Below, one piece after another: positions 1-10,856 of a stretch of 61,148 bases of DNA; position 1 is the first letter of the stretch, and the number at the start of each line of letters is the position of its first letter. This DNA is from an uncultured candidate division Zixibacteria bacterium. Lineage in GTDB: Bacteria; Zixibacteria; MSB-5A5; UBA10806. A program made the position numbers and the translations under genes. Below the pieces are notes generated by a model. The model made no database searches. It had not been told where the DNA came from and was given only the letters and a program-made list of their open reading frames with translations. Location of the stretch: assembly GCA_963817915.1 (NCBI GenBank), contig CAWFQL010000007.1:1-61148 (forward strand), given 5' to 3'.

Positions 1-923
1 GCCGCCACCATGGCGCCGTTGTCGGTGCAGAGCTCCGGCGACGGGAAAAATACTTGGTATTTATTAGAAGCTTTCTCCAAAAATAATTCCCGCAGCCTTC
101 TATTGCGCGCCACCCCTCCAGTCACGGAGATTTGATTGACCTTAAAGCTTTCAGCAGCTGCGAGCGCCTTTCGCACCAGAATATCCACAACCGCCTCCTG
201 AAATGACGCGGCGATATCGGCCCTATGAGCCTCGATAAACTCCGGTTCTTTTTCTTTTATATATAATGATACCGCGGTCTTCAGGCCTGAGAATGAAAAC
301 TCGAAGCTGTCCGCCCCCATTTGCGCCCTGGGGAATTTCACGAATTTCTTATCGCCATCGGCTGAGACTTTTTCGATAATCGGGCCGCCGGGATAGCCGA
401 GACTCAATAGCTTGGCGACCTTATCGAACGCCTCCCCCGCGGCATCATCGCGGGTCGAACCCAGCAAACGATACCTTCCCCACTCCTCGACCAGATACAG
501 ATTCGAATGACCCCCTGACGCCACCAACGCGATATGCGGCGTGGTCAATTCCGGATGATCTAATTTTCCCGCAAAAATATGACCTTCGAGATGATTAACG
601 CCATAATACGGAATACCCTTGGCCATATGAATCGATTTCACGAATGAAAGCCCCACCAACAAGACATCCGACCAGCCCGGGGCCGTGGGTCACTGCCAGA
701 CCGTCGATTTTGTCGAGACGATACACCGGCCTTTGATAAGTGATTTATCGAATATCCCCAGCAATTCGCTGATATGCACTCGCGAGGCAACCTCGGGCAC
801 GACTCCCCCGTATTTCTCGTGAATTTCCTGCGAAAAAATTATATTGGAGATGATTTCCCGGCCGTCTTTTACAACTGCGGCGGCGGTTTCATCGCAGGAG
901 GTTTCAACTCCCAAAACCAGCAT
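1..923 (-). CDS. tsaD: tRNA N6-adenosine threonylcarbamoyltransferase TsaD (3' end runs off the window; at least 2 indels near 650-730)
   Basis: N-terminus [17 protein letters not shown]...[13 protein letters not shown]. Other frames continue with [40 protein letters not shown] and CTDNGAMVA. Confidence 0.95.
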
Positions 924-929
924 GATAGA

Positions 930-1326
930 CTATGTCTTTTCTTTTAATATTATGGTGTATCGATCACCATTAGAGAAGGAAATCCTATGAAAAACAGAGG
1001 TGTCAATCTCGTAAAGATTCGAAAGGCTCAGATAATACACATATTCGCCGGGCTTTGTGTATTTCATCAGATTGACTTCTAACCTGACCCCGCCCGAAAT
1101 CATCAATTTCAACAATTGCTTGCCGGTGCCAGTGAAGATTACGTCGGTTTCGGCAGGCTCAATGCTATCGAACGCCAGCTTATTAGATAAGACCGACAAT
1201 TTCAAGTTTAGCCTTGAAGCTCTTTTCGTAGACTTTTTCGGTGGCCAGATGAAACCACAGCGCCAACGCCAAAATAAGGCCGACTATCTTCCAGCCGACA
1301 TTTTTTGTAAATATCTCGCGTATCAC
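930..1326 (-). CDS. YbbR/CdaR-like membrane-anchored protein (one frameshift near 1190)
   Basis: GTG at 1326 gives VIREIFTKNVGWKIVGLILALALWFHLATEK, the typical YbbR-like N-terminal TM, which shifts into ORF 930..1205. The gene abuts tsaD. Confidence 0.6.
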
Positions 1327-1331
1327 TTAGC

Positions 1332-1520
1332 TTATTTGTCTGAGTGTCTGATTATTTTTCCCAATGACACTTCACCGTTATCTATTCTTATATTGAATCC
1401 GCATTCGGGATTGGAACAGACCCAAGCCTTGTACCTGATTTCGGCACCATCGCGCCCATAATCAGAAAGAGGCACAAGTACGCCAGTCGAACATTTAAGA
1501 CATGTGGGGAAATTGTCCAC
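1332..1520 (-). CDS. small zinc-ribbon protein (62 aa)
   Basis: CLKC...CSNPEC Cys pairs, GGGAGG RBS before the GTG, and an upstream TTGACA-N17-TAGTTT. Confidence 0.8.
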   Translation of the reverse strand: MDNFPTCLKCSTGVLVPLSDYGRDGAEIRYKAWVCSNPECGFNIRIDNGEVSLGKIIRHSDK

Positions 1521-1994
1521 TTCGTCCTCCCAGTAAAATTACGTTGGCGAAAACTAATAGATTTCATCATATTTGTCAACTCGGAAATATCTATAGGTCG
1601 ATATTATTCCGAGTCTGATTAATCTATAAGATTTTGATACTGATAATAGTGCAATGACCATAATGGCTCTCAATTGCATGAGGGAACTGGTCTTTTTTGA
1701 GTAGCTCATCCCAATTCGAGCACTTGATAAGTATTTTGCCTCATTCTATCACACAAATCGGGCTCAAGCTAAGCACAATATTGGCATTAGTCAGCAACCA
1801 CTTACCGGCACAGACAGGGTGACATTTTATCCATTAAATAAGACCACGGTTTGGCCCAAAACGAGGGATTAGGTGCCGTGGTTCGCACCATAACATATGC
1901 TCGAATAGCGGAGCAAGAACCGCCAATTAGTCATCGTCTTGCTAATTATCTTGTTTAGAGGCATGAGCTTATGCCGTGGAAGCTTCTCTTTTCA

Positions 1995-2828
1995 TCAAAT
2001 CAGCATTAATGAGATCATCAGAGCGGAAAAAATGGTGCTTATTAGATTTACCATATCGTTGTTAACCCATCTAACACCATGCTTGAATTGGGCCGGAGCT
2101 CCACAATGATTATGTCTTTCAACAAGTTGCCCGCAAACCTGACATTGATATGTGCCCTGAATTGAGCCTCCTAAGATGGAATCCATAATCGATCCGGCAA
2201 ATCCGGCGTTAGCGGCACCCAGCCATAACGGCAAGGAAATCGCCGAGTGATTGCCGGTAACGGATAATATCAAGAAGGAAACCAGCATTGTTGCGCCGGA
2301 ACCGGCCGCGGAGGCAATAATTCCGAGGATTGTGACACCACCGGATTGGCCTGTCTCGATTTTTTTTAGGGTAACAATAGAAATGGGCTTGATCGGGGAT
2401 AATGTCCCGATTTCGGAAGCCCAGGTATCTGCGGTCGCCTCGCAGATGCTCGCCAAATATGGGAAAAACCAAAAAGGACTGCCTGAAATCAGAAAAATAA
2501 TCGAGCAAACCGCGCCAACCCCGCCATTAGCCAAAATCTGCCATACATCGCGGGGCCCGGTCTTTTCGCTGTAGATCAACGCATTCTTCTTCGGGGCTGT
2601 CTTGATTTTTGATAAAAAGGATGATGAGATGAAGAAGAATAAAAGCGGTATGGCAAATTGAATCCCACCCGACCCGAATATTATAGTGCCGATAGCCAAT
2701 GCCCCGATCGCGCCTGAGAGTGACAGCGATTTAAATAAGTAGGCGGCTACGACAATAACTAAAGCCCCGGCAAATCCAACCAAAAATTGTGTGCCGCTTA
2801 GATTAGCTATTAATGGCATCGCCGACAT
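1995..2828 (-). CDS. DUF92/TMEM19-family integral membrane protein
   Basis: Multi-TM protein with RDVWQILANGG, ATADTWASEIG, GQSGGVT, DSILG and NNDMVNL motifs, plus a CxxC...HC insert. Confidence 0.9.
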   Translation of the reverse strand: MSAMPLIANLSGTQFLVGFAGALVIVVAAYLFKSLSLSGAIGALAIGTIIFGSGGIQFAIPLLFFFISSSFLSKIKTAPKKNALIYSEKTGPRDVWQILANGGVGAVCSIIFLISGSPFWFFPYLASICEATADTWASEIGTLSPIKPISIVTLKKIETGQSGGVTILGIIASAAGSGATMLVSFLILSVTGNHSAISLPLWLGAANAGFAGSIMDSILGGSIQGTYQCQVCGQLVERHNHCGAPAQFKHGVRWVNNDMVNLISTIFSALMISLMLI

Positions 2829-2864
2829 GATATCAATTATATGCTGTATTGATTAAATTTCAAA

Positions 2865-3566
2865 TCATTTTGAAATTTTGTTCATTGGAAGCGCTGATAT
2901 TTTGAATTTCTCGGATTTAATTTCGCTGGTCTTATTCTTCAAGCCGGTTATTTTTAGAGCAGTTTCGAATATGAATTCGCCAAGCTGATTCGGTGCTTTG
3001 TCTAAATCCGGCTTTTGGGCGCTGGATATCTCCCCTTTCAGCCAGGATTCGACTTCCCTATAGTTTGAGAAACTCATCGTTTTGATCGATAATTTTCCAT
3101 TCAGATAGTAGGTAGCCGTGGTATCGCCTATTTCCAGAAATGATTTGCCAGATGATTTCAGTAAGTCCCATACCGCGCGCCAGTCATCGAGTGAATTATC
3201 AAAATCAAGATCGCGGGATTGAATAATCATCGAATATTTTTTCTCCCAGGGATCGAAGCGCAATTTAATGGCAACTTTTAGCTTGTCCGACAATTTGTCG
3301 AACCATCCGGACTTATATTGCCACAGCTCAATATCATATTCGAACGCGATCGGAACCCCTTTTTCTATATGATCGATAAGAGCGGAGGGAAGAGAATCCA
3401 GCACCGAAAGCGTTGTTAATATGTTTTGGTTTTCATATTTGATATAGGAAAATCCGATATTCTGAGCATTCGATGTCGTAACCATCAAGCATATTAAGAA
3501 AAACAAAGTACAACACGGCAGAAATTTCCCGAAACAACCCGATAATACCTGACGAGGATTCAACAT
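2865..3566 (-). CDS. exported DUF4390-like protein
   Basis: Signal peptide. The segment IEKGVPIAFEYDIELWQYKSGWFDK...LRFDPWEKKY resembles DUF4390. Confidence 0.65.
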   Translation of the reverse strand: MLNPRQVLSGCFGKFLPCCTLFFLICLMVTTSNAQNIGFSYIKYENQNILTTLSVLDSLPSALIDHIEKGVPIAFEYDIELWQYKSGWFDKLSDKLKVAIKLRFDPWEKKYSMIIQSRDLDFDNSLDDWRAVWDLLKSSGKSFLEIGDTTATYYLNGKLSIKTMSFSNYREVESWLKGEISSAQKPDLDKAPNQLGEFIFETALKITGLKNKTSEIKSEKFKISALPMNKISK

Positions 3567-3630
3567 GGTCTTTTTATAATTTGATCGCGGCGATTTAGCA
3601 ACTGATTATGAATGCCAACCGCCGCGATAT

Positions 3631-5365
3631 TTAAAATGAAATGTGTCCTCGAAGCGAGACTACCGGATGTTTGCTCGTATCATCCAGACGTTGAGCGATA
3701 TCGATTCTGATATCATTGTTGATCAATAACGATACTCCGATATCAGTTTTGAGCCCACCTGTCTTGAATTGACTCTCCGACCATTCGGCCTTGCCGCCAT
3801 CGAAGAAAAGCCCTGCTCCCAAATCGCTCTTATAGAAACGCCAGACATATTCGGCATTGAGCAGCAACATGCGATTGCCTTCGAATTCTTTATAGTCGTA
3901 TCCGCGTAATGAGCCTATTCCACCCAGGAAAAATTGTCTGAATAACGGCAGGTTGTCATTGGAATACCCCCCGCGCGCCCGGAATGACACATTCTGATTC
4001 GATGTCAATGGGTAATATCCCTGCACTTCGCCTGTGATCATTTGATAAACAAAATTGGCGCTGTCGCTTTTGACTGTCTTGCTCCAATCGATCTTCGCGT
4101 AAACGCCCGAATGCGGCACTTCGATATCGTTCCGGGTGTCATAGGAAGCATGTAAAGTAACTTCGGCCAGTTTGCCGGCATTGCTCAGTATCAGTTCTGA
4201 ATCCGGCAAGGATTGTTGACCAGTTCTCGCGAAATTTCTTTTTGCCTCCAAAAATCGCCTTGTTAGCGGTGCGCTTCAGATTTGACATAGTTGCCGCCGT
4301 ATAGGTCGCGCCGACTCTGAAGGCCTTCTGATAAAACAGTCCACCATCCACCGCCAGCCCTCTCGACCAATAGAAATCGTAGAAATCTTCTTTGAATATC
4401 AATGCCGCGATCGTGTTTTCGGTCCCGGTGATCATCCAGTCGTCCGGGGTTTCAGCCAATTGGAACATGCGAACTCCAATGTATGGTCCCAAATTAATAC
4501 CAAAATCTTTGGAGATTCCCAGATCATATTCCCATCGTTTCAATGAAAAGGCATATGCGGCCTGAATATCAAGCGACGGTAAATTATGCAGCTTGTCGTT
4601 ATACTTCAGGTCCATAGGTATGGTAATTCCCTCGACTCTATTAAATCTCAGAGAAAGTCCGAATTGCACTTGCTGTTTTTCCTTTTCCTTGGATTTTATT
4701 TCCTTTTCCGACGATACGATATCACCACGAGTCTGGGCTTTTTCGTCTTTGAAAATTTTCCCGACAGGAGCGTAAACATCCCCACCGACATAAGCGCCAT
4801 CGATGAGATATATATCACCGAACAATGCCAGGACATCGCCGCTCACTCTGCCTGAAATCCTGATATCGCCTTTTAAGGAGACGACATCGCCGAGTACATT
4901 GACGCTCGAATCAACGATAACATCTCCGAATTTGAAAATGTCATCTCGCGAATCCGAGTAAATTGTCACAAGTCTTTTCCTCTTGATTCGGTGATGTTCT
5001 CCAGTGCTGAATTGCCATCCCTCGGCGCCGCGCTCATCCTTATCAACGAATAGCCGCTCGATCTGATTCTCGGTGAGTTCCACGCCATCGACATAGATTT
5101 TACCGTTTTCGATTCGAAGTTTATCATCGATCACGATTCCGGTGGAATCCCGTTTGATTCTGTTGTTGGCGACAGAAACAACCCTGATTTCATTGTCTTT
5201 TTCGATTTCGATTTTGGTCGAATCGTCAGAAATTGTAATCCCGATTTTCCCATTCTCTTGAGAAATGACCGCCGATTTGGCATTGGAGAAAAGCAGTATT
5301 ATGAATACTATTCCTACAAATACTCCTAATGCCAGGCCCCAAACTACTTCTTTTCTGATATTCAT
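3631..5365 (-). CDS. Omp85/BamA-TamA-like beta-barrel outer-membrane protein with an N-terminal bactofilin-like beta-helix (frameshift near 4210)
   Basis: ORFs 4139..5389 and 3631..4251 join into one gene. C-terminal QFFLGGIGSLRGY motif and terminal F; GDVVSLKGDIRISGRVSGDVLALFGDI repeats; AGGAGG RBS before ATG 5365. Confidence 0.8.
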
Positions 5366-5402
5366 TTTAGTCCTCCTGTTTATGTTCATGCAATTCTAAT
5401 AG

Positions 5403-5418
5403 GCAAATTCGATGCCAG
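5403..5418 (-). promoter_or_regulatory. sigma54 (-24/-12) promoter of the Omp85-like gene
   Basis: Minus strand reads CTGGCATCGAATTTGC: GG-N10-GC spacing matching TGGCAC-N5-TTGC, about 38 nt before the ATG. Confidence 0.65.
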
Positions 5419-5615
5419 CGACCCCTTTATCCAACTCGTTGACACATAATGAATTAAAAAGGGCGCTGACATCCGCAGTGTGTGATATCACCACGTTTTA
5501 TCGATATGGGCGTGGCCTTATTTCATGGATTGAGTGAATTATTGGTATTACATTGATTGACCTCTGCATATTATCTCGATATATTTGGAGATGATTTGGT
5601 ATAATATAATCGCAG

Positions 5616-5683
5616 TTGCGTGTCAGGGCTTGCCCTGACCGCGAATGATAGAAGGATGCGGTCACGTCAAGACGTGACTCGCA
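5616..5683. repeat. inverted pair of REP-like palindromes (REPIN-like)
   Basis: GCGTGTCAGGGCTTGCCCTGACCGC and the reverse complement of GCGGTCACGTCAAGACGTGACTCGC are the same element with compensatory stem changes. Confidence 0.7.
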
Positions 5684-5709
5684 GGAAAATCAGGATTGGA
5701 GAAATAGGG

Positions 5710-6664
5710 ATGCACAGGAAAAGAATCGTACTCATTGATATTGGCTGTTTGTTTGGTTTTAATTTCCATTAGGGGAATCCAGGCCGCGGAAAAGATTGAT
5801 TTAAAGTTGAATCTCACTCCGGGGACTCATTATGTCTGCACCATGGAAAACAATCAGTCGGTGACTCAGACTGTCGATGGTTTCGATCATTCGATGACAC
5901 AGGAGATGACTATTCGCTGGAACTATGATGTTATCGGGAAAGACAGCGATGGCAATTTCGATATCAAGCTCACATACTCGGGGATAAAATCAAAGCAGAG
6001 TATGGAAGAGCGAACCGTAGAATACGATTCCGACAATCCGCCCGCCTATCTTGACCCATCGATGAAAAGCTCCGAGGCAATGCTTGGTTCTGAGATTCGG
6101 CTGAAAATTTCTCCGGCCGGAAAGACAATCGCGATAGACGGCGCCGATTCTTTGGTCGCCAGGATGATAACGGCATTGGCCCTGCCGAATTCGCCGCGCA
6201 ATGACGCATTTATTAAAGACTTAAGCGATAAATTCGGAGCGAAGGCCCTGACACAATCCATGGATCAAATTACCAGCTATATTCCGAATAAACCGGTAAG
6301 GGTGGCAGATAGCTGGAAATCAGAGACAATGATGAATTTCGGATTCCCCATGAAAATCGTATCAGAATATTCGTTGGTTTCGGTTGGCGATAGTGTAGCT
6401 TTGGTAAGAGACTCGTCCAATGTGATCACCAATCCGGATGATAATAAAGTGAAGGCCGGCGAATTAACCATGGCCTATGATATATCGGGGACACAAATCG
6501 GCACTATAGAGATTGATAAGGCTACCGGTTTGCCATTAAGGTCTCAGATTGATTTGAATTCTACGGGCAGTGTCACGGTTTCAGGTATGAAGGACAAAGA
6601 GCCCCAAACATGGCCGCAGAAGATTTCCGGCACCGTGGTTGTGACATTCGAGAAGGTGGAATAA
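5710..6664 (+). CDS. exported DUF6263-like beta-rich protein (probable indel in the signal peptide)
   Basis: 309-aa ORF with a signal peptide, KIDLKLNLTPG N-terminus and GTIEIDKATGLP C-terminal motif. ATG 5710 is out of frame with the main ORF. Confidence 0.65.
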
Positions 6665-6684
6665 TATTTTTGGTTCGAAACTAT

Positions 6685-6713
6685 TGTAGGGGCGAGGTGA
6701 CTTCGCCCCTACA
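6685..6713. repeat. GTAG-type REP palindrome
   Basis: TGTAGGGGCGAGGTGACTTCGCCCCTACA near-perfect hairpin right after the stop codon. Confidence 0.75.
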
Positions 6714-6784
6714 GGTATTAAGAGCGTCGTCAAGAACCCATTACTGAAGCCATATAATTTATTCGGACAGGTCGTAGAATTTTT

Positions 6785-6830
6785 GTCGGGTTTCTCATCC
6801 GCCTATGGCGGATTCGGAACACCGACCTAC
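6785..6830 (-). repeat. GTAG-type REP carrying an inserted ATCCGCCTATGGCGGAT palindrome
   Basis: Minus strand reads GTAGGTCGGTGTT...AAACCCGAC, related to the copy at 46354-46378. Confidence 0.65.
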
Positions 6831-6897
6831 CAAGACATTTATTCTGGTGTGGCAACTCGACGACATGTGAAGCTGTAAATGCTTTTCAATTTCGGTT

Positions 6898-6926
6898 TTG
6901 ACATTTAGGGAAGGCCTGTCTATATT
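6898..6926 (+). promoter_or_regulatory. sigma70 promoter of the acpS...panC operon
   Basis: TTGACA-N17-TATATT, followed by GAGG RBS and ATG 6944. Confidence 0.75.
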
Positions 6927-6943
6927 CAAACGAGGTAATAAAT

Positions 6944-7333
6944 ATGATAGAAGCAGTAGGTATTGATCTTGTCGAAATTCCACGAATAAAAAAAGCCATT
7001 GACCGTTACGGCGACAGGTTCACATCGAGAGTATTCACGCCGTGGGAAATACAGTACTGCCTTTCGAAGGTAAACCCTGAGCTGTCATTTGCGGCGCGAT
7101 TTGCGGTAAAAGAGGCGGTTTTCAAGGCGATTGGGACCGGTTTCGCCGAGGGTGTCAAATGGACATCGGTGGAAGTTGTTAACGACCGCAAGGGCCATCC
7201 TGAAGTCAGACTGGGTTTGGCGATTACCAATGTTATCGGCAGTAAAAAGATCATAATCTCGCTTTCACACACGCGCGAGCACGCGGTCGCATCGGCAATA
7301 TTGATATCCGATGGAGCAAGCCCATCTAAGTGA
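6944..7333 (+). CDS. acpS: holo-[acyl-carrier-protein] synthase
   Basis: GIDLVEIPRI, AARFAVKEAVFKAIGTG and ISLSH motifs. Confidence 0.97.
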   Translation: MIEAVGIDLVEIPRIKKAIDRYGDRFTSRVFTPWEIQYCLSKVNPELSFAARFAVKEAVFKAIGTGFAEGVKWTSVEVVNDRKGHPEVRLGLAITNVIGSKKIIISLSHTREHAVASAILISDGASPSK

Positions 7334-7382
7334 TCGGCCCATTTTTCAAAGTCAATGACTTATCAGAACCCGGCTGAATCCA

Positions 7383-8066
7383 ATGACAGATACCCGGCAG
7401 ATATTTGAAGAGATAATCGAAACAGGCAAATCGCTTTATAATCGCGGCTATATCATCGCCAACGAGGGGAATCTTTCGGTCAGACTCTCCGGCGGCAATA
7501 TCGCAATTACGCCTGCCGGAATGAATAAATGGCAGATGAAACCCGAAGACCTGCTTGTTTGCATGGCCGATGGTACAATAATAGAGGGAAGCGGGCGTCC
7601 GTCATCGGAGATCAGGCTGCACCTGGCGATTTATCGATGGCGCCCGGATATCGCCGCGATCTGTCACGCCCACCCTATTTACGCGACCGCCCGGTCAGTA
7701 GCGGGCAAATCACTTATGAGACCCATCCTTCCGGAAATTCTGATGACTTTAGGCGGGATACCGCTGGCATCCTATGGCGAGCCCGGTACCGATGAGCTTC
7801 CCAAGACATTGGAAAAACTGATCGCCGATTACGACGCGTTTTTGCTTGAATCGCACGGCGCGGTAACATTGGGCAAAGATATGTCGGATGCCTTCAATAA
7901 AATGGAGACAGTGGAACGATTTGCTCATATACTCTATATTGCAGAAACGATTTCCGAGGTAAGGGAGCTACCCTCGCATGAAGTCGAAAGATTGCTTCGA
8001 AAATCGGGGCGTATGAATATTATGGATGATATAATCAGAGCGTCCCATAAAGAGAGTCGGAAATAG
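7383..8066 (+). CDS. class II aldolase/adducin family protein
   Basis: GNLSVR, PSSEIRLH, HAHP and SHG metal-binding motifs. Confidence 0.92.
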   Translation: MTDTRQIFEEIIETGKSLYNRGYIIANEGNLSVRLSGGNIAITPAGMNKWQMKPEDLLVCMADGTIIEGSGRPSSEIRLHLAIYRWRPDIAAICHAHPIYATARSVAGKSLMRPILPEILMTLGGIPLASYGEPGTDELPKTLEKLIADYDAFLLESHGAVTLGKDMSDAFNKMETVERFAHILYIAETISEVRELPSHEVERLLRKSGRMNIMDDIIRASHKESRK

Positions 8067-8096
8067 GTTAACAGGATTGAAGGTTATAAGAATAAG

Positions 8097-9279
8097 ATGA
8101 AGGTAATAATCGATAAAGCGGAACGGCTCTGGAAAATCCCGCAGCAAGCATTGGGGGCGATGAAATTCAGCCAGAAACGATTGGCAGCCCGCAATGTTAA
8201 CCTGATAGACTTATATTCAGTCGCGCCATTGATACCCCAATGCGAAGGCTATCTGAATGCCAGAAATAAAATTATGTCGTCCAAATTGGATGCCAGGGCG
8301 GATGTCGATTTAATCAATGAACTAAAATCGAAAATATTGGAGAAGCATTCGTCTTTCAAATCGCTCGCGATTAATATAGAAAACGAGATTGCAATTATTC
8401 CCAATATCCGCATGACAACAGCGTTTCTGGCGCTCTCTTTGTTAAATCGAGGGGAAAGCGCCTATATACCGGATCCCGGTCTGCCGCATTTTCGAACTGC
8501 AGTATGCATGGCCGAGGGAAATCCGGTAAGATATTCGTTACTGGAAAGTAATGACTACATATTGAATATCTCTTCGTTTCCATCCCGGCCCAAAAAGACG
8601 AAATTGCTCTTTGTAAATTACCCGCATAACCCGACCGGAGCAGTTGTCGATTATTATTTTTATAGAGACCTGATGAAGTCCCTACGCGCGGAGAATATCT
8701 TGGTAGTTGCCGATTGCGCTTATATTCATCCGGGTGACGAAGATGGAGTTAGCATCCTGCAGGCAAAATCAGCTCAAAAGAGGGCATTGGAGCTTCACTC
8801 ATTTTCGACATCATTTGGAATTCCAGGAATCGGTTTCGCGATCGGCCATCGCGACGCTATCGCCGCTTTGAATGTCATGCTGAAGAGCTGTTGGATATTC
8901 CCCCGATGAATATTCCATTCGAATGGCTATCGCGGGCATTGAGAATGCGAAAGAGATATTCGCGGACAAAATGGCGAATTTCGAGCGCAAAAGATCGATA
9001 CTTGCCGAGGGCTTGAAGGAGCTCGGCTGGCGAATTAGAGGAGGGAAATTGACTCCATTCATCTGGGCTAAATCGCTGACTCGTAGCACATCGGTAACAT
9101 TGGCCAGACGTCTTTTTGTCAAGGCAGGTATCAAGGTTTCGCCGGGCTCTGATTTCGGTGAAGGCGGCGAGGGCTGGCTAAGAATGTCATTATCACCCGA
9201 TGAAAATATCCTGGCGGATGCTATTCAACGTATTTCAAATCACTCCAAGATATTTCAACGGAAATATCGTCCCCAGTAA
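8097..9279 (+). CDS. class I/II PLP aminotransferase-like protein (LL-DAP aminotransferase-like; frameshift near 8886; catalytic Lys appears replaced by Thr)
   Basis: NYPHNPTG, ADCAY and PGSDFGEGGEGWLRMSL motifs. ORFs 8097..8909 and 8923..9279 join. Confidence 0.85.
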
Positions 9280-9299
9280 ACGATAAACCAGGAAGAATT

Positions 9300-9941
9300 A
9301 TGGGATACAACGGTTATATCGCGATCGAAGGACCGATTGGAGTTGGCAAGACAACCCTGGCCGAGAAAATAGCCAATTATTTCAATGGGCGGTTAATATT
9401 AGAATTGGCTGAGGAGAATCCATTTTTGCCGGATTTTTATAAAAACAAAAATCAATTCGCGTTTCAGACTCAGATATTTTTCCTCATGTCCCGTTATAGA
9501 CAGCAAGACGAATTTAATCATTATGATCTTTTTTCGGAGACATTGGTCGCGGATTATTTATTTGCTAAAGACAGAATTTTCGCCCATATCAATCTTGCCG
9601 AGCGGGAGCTGGCATTGTATGACAGGGTGGCGACCGCGCTCGAACAGAACATTACGCAGCCTGATCTGGTTATATACCTGACAGCTTCTGTCGATATTCT
9701 ACTTGAGAGGATCAAGAGAAGAAATCGAAATTTCGAGAAAGGTTTTGATCGCGAATATCTGACCAGGCTTTGCGAAGCTTATAGCGATTACTTTTTTCAT
9801 TATAATAAAACGCCGCTCTTGATTATAAGGACCGATGATAGCGATTTTGCCAGCGATTCCGAGAAATTCGATTATCTGATGAATCAGATAATCTCGAAGC
9901 ACGAGGGCACTAATTATATTTCATTCGATAATCCGAAATAA
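9300..9941 (+). CDS. deoxynucleoside kinase
   Basis: IAIEGPIGVGKTT P-loop, ENPFLPDFY, AFQTQIFFL, PDLVIYL and RIKRRNR. Confidence 0.95.
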   Translation: MGYNGYIAIEGPIGVGKTTLAEKIANYFNGRLILELAEENPFLPDFYKNKNQFAFQTQIFFLMSRYRQQDEFNHYDLFSETLVADYLFAKDRIFAHINLAERELALYDRVATALEQNITQPDLVIYLTASVDILLERIKRRNRNFEKGFDREYLTRLCEAYSDYFFHYNKTPLLIIRTDDSDFASDSEKFDYLMNQIISKHEGTNYISFDNPK

Positions 9942-9959
9942 ATGGAGGCTCTGCCAATA

Positions 9960-10310
9960 ATGGGAACAATCAGACTTGTTAATATGACATTTTACGCCTA
10001 CCATGGAGTCGCGGCGGCCGAGAAGGAGACCGGAAGACGATTCGAGGTCGATTGCGAAATAGAAACTGATACTGCCAAAGCGGCCGCGACCGACAATCTC
10101 GAACATGCAGTTAACTATGTAAATATTTATAATATCGTCGAGCATTTCCTTGAAAATCATCGGTATAATCTTCTGGAGACTCTAGCGGAAAGATTGAAGG
10201 ATGAGATTAAGAAGCAGCCGGGAGTCAATAAGGTGAAGCTTCGGGTAAGAAAAAGAATTCCGCCGGTGCCCGGCAATATTGATTATATCGAGGTCGAGAC
10301 CAACGGTTGA
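9960..10310 (+). CDS. folB: dihydroneopterin aldolase
   Basis: FYAYHGV...EKETG, VNY and NLLETLAE motifs. GGAGG RBS precedes ATG 9960. Confidence 0.95.
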   Translation: MGTIRLVNMTFYAYHGVAAAEKETGRRFEVDCEIETDTAKAAATDNLEHAVNYVNIYNIVEHFLENHRYNLLETLAERLKDEIKKQPGVNKVKLRVRKRIPPVPGNIDYIEVETNG

Positions 10311-10328
10311 TATACGGGGGCGATTCTT

Positions 10329-10856
10329 ATGGTTGTGGCATACTTAGGGTTGGGCTCCAATGAAGGTGACAGAAAAACGAATCTCAAAAGGGCGGTTGTA
10401 TTGTTGGACCAATTCACTAAGATCGACGTCAAAGCCATATCGTCATTATATGAAGGTGAAGCGATTGGCGTTTCGGGTCAAGGTGATTTCGTAAATGCCG
10501 TGGTCAAGATCGAAACCCAGCTCGAACCGAAGACGCTATTGGAAAAAATCAAATCCATTGAGACAAAGATGGGACGAAAACCATCGACTCATAATCGCCC
10601 TCGCCCTATCGATATTGATATCCTGCTTTACGGCGATGTGATATTCGAATCATTTGATCTGAATATACCGCACACGCGATTACTAAAACGGCGATTTGTC
10701 ATGGAACCATTGGTAGAGATAGAGCCCAAGATTGTCGACCCGGTCTCAATGAAACCGATCAAAGAATATTTGGAGCTTGTTAAAGATCAAAGGCTGAAAA
10801 GAATCTCAGATTCTATACATATGTGGGTAAAAAAGACTGGAGTAAAACATGTCTAA
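10329..10856 (+). CDS. folK: 2-amino-4-hydroxy-6-hydroxymethyldihydropteridine diphosphokinase
   Basis: YLGLGSN, PRPIDIDILLY, IPH and RRFVMEPL. Confidence 0.96.
   Translation: MVVAYLGLGSNEGDRKTNLKRAVVLLDQFTKIDVKAISSLYEGEAIGVSGQGDFVNAVVKIETQLEPKTLLEKIKSIETKMGRKPSTHNRPRPIDIDILLYGDVIFESFDLNIPHTRLLKRRFVMEPLVEIEPKIVDPVSMKPIKEYLELVKDQRLKRISDSIHMWVKKTGVKHV

Noticed and set aside
1843..1890. tRNA-like sequence ending GGTTCGCACCA
   Set aside because: No cloverleaf or acceptor-stem pairing.
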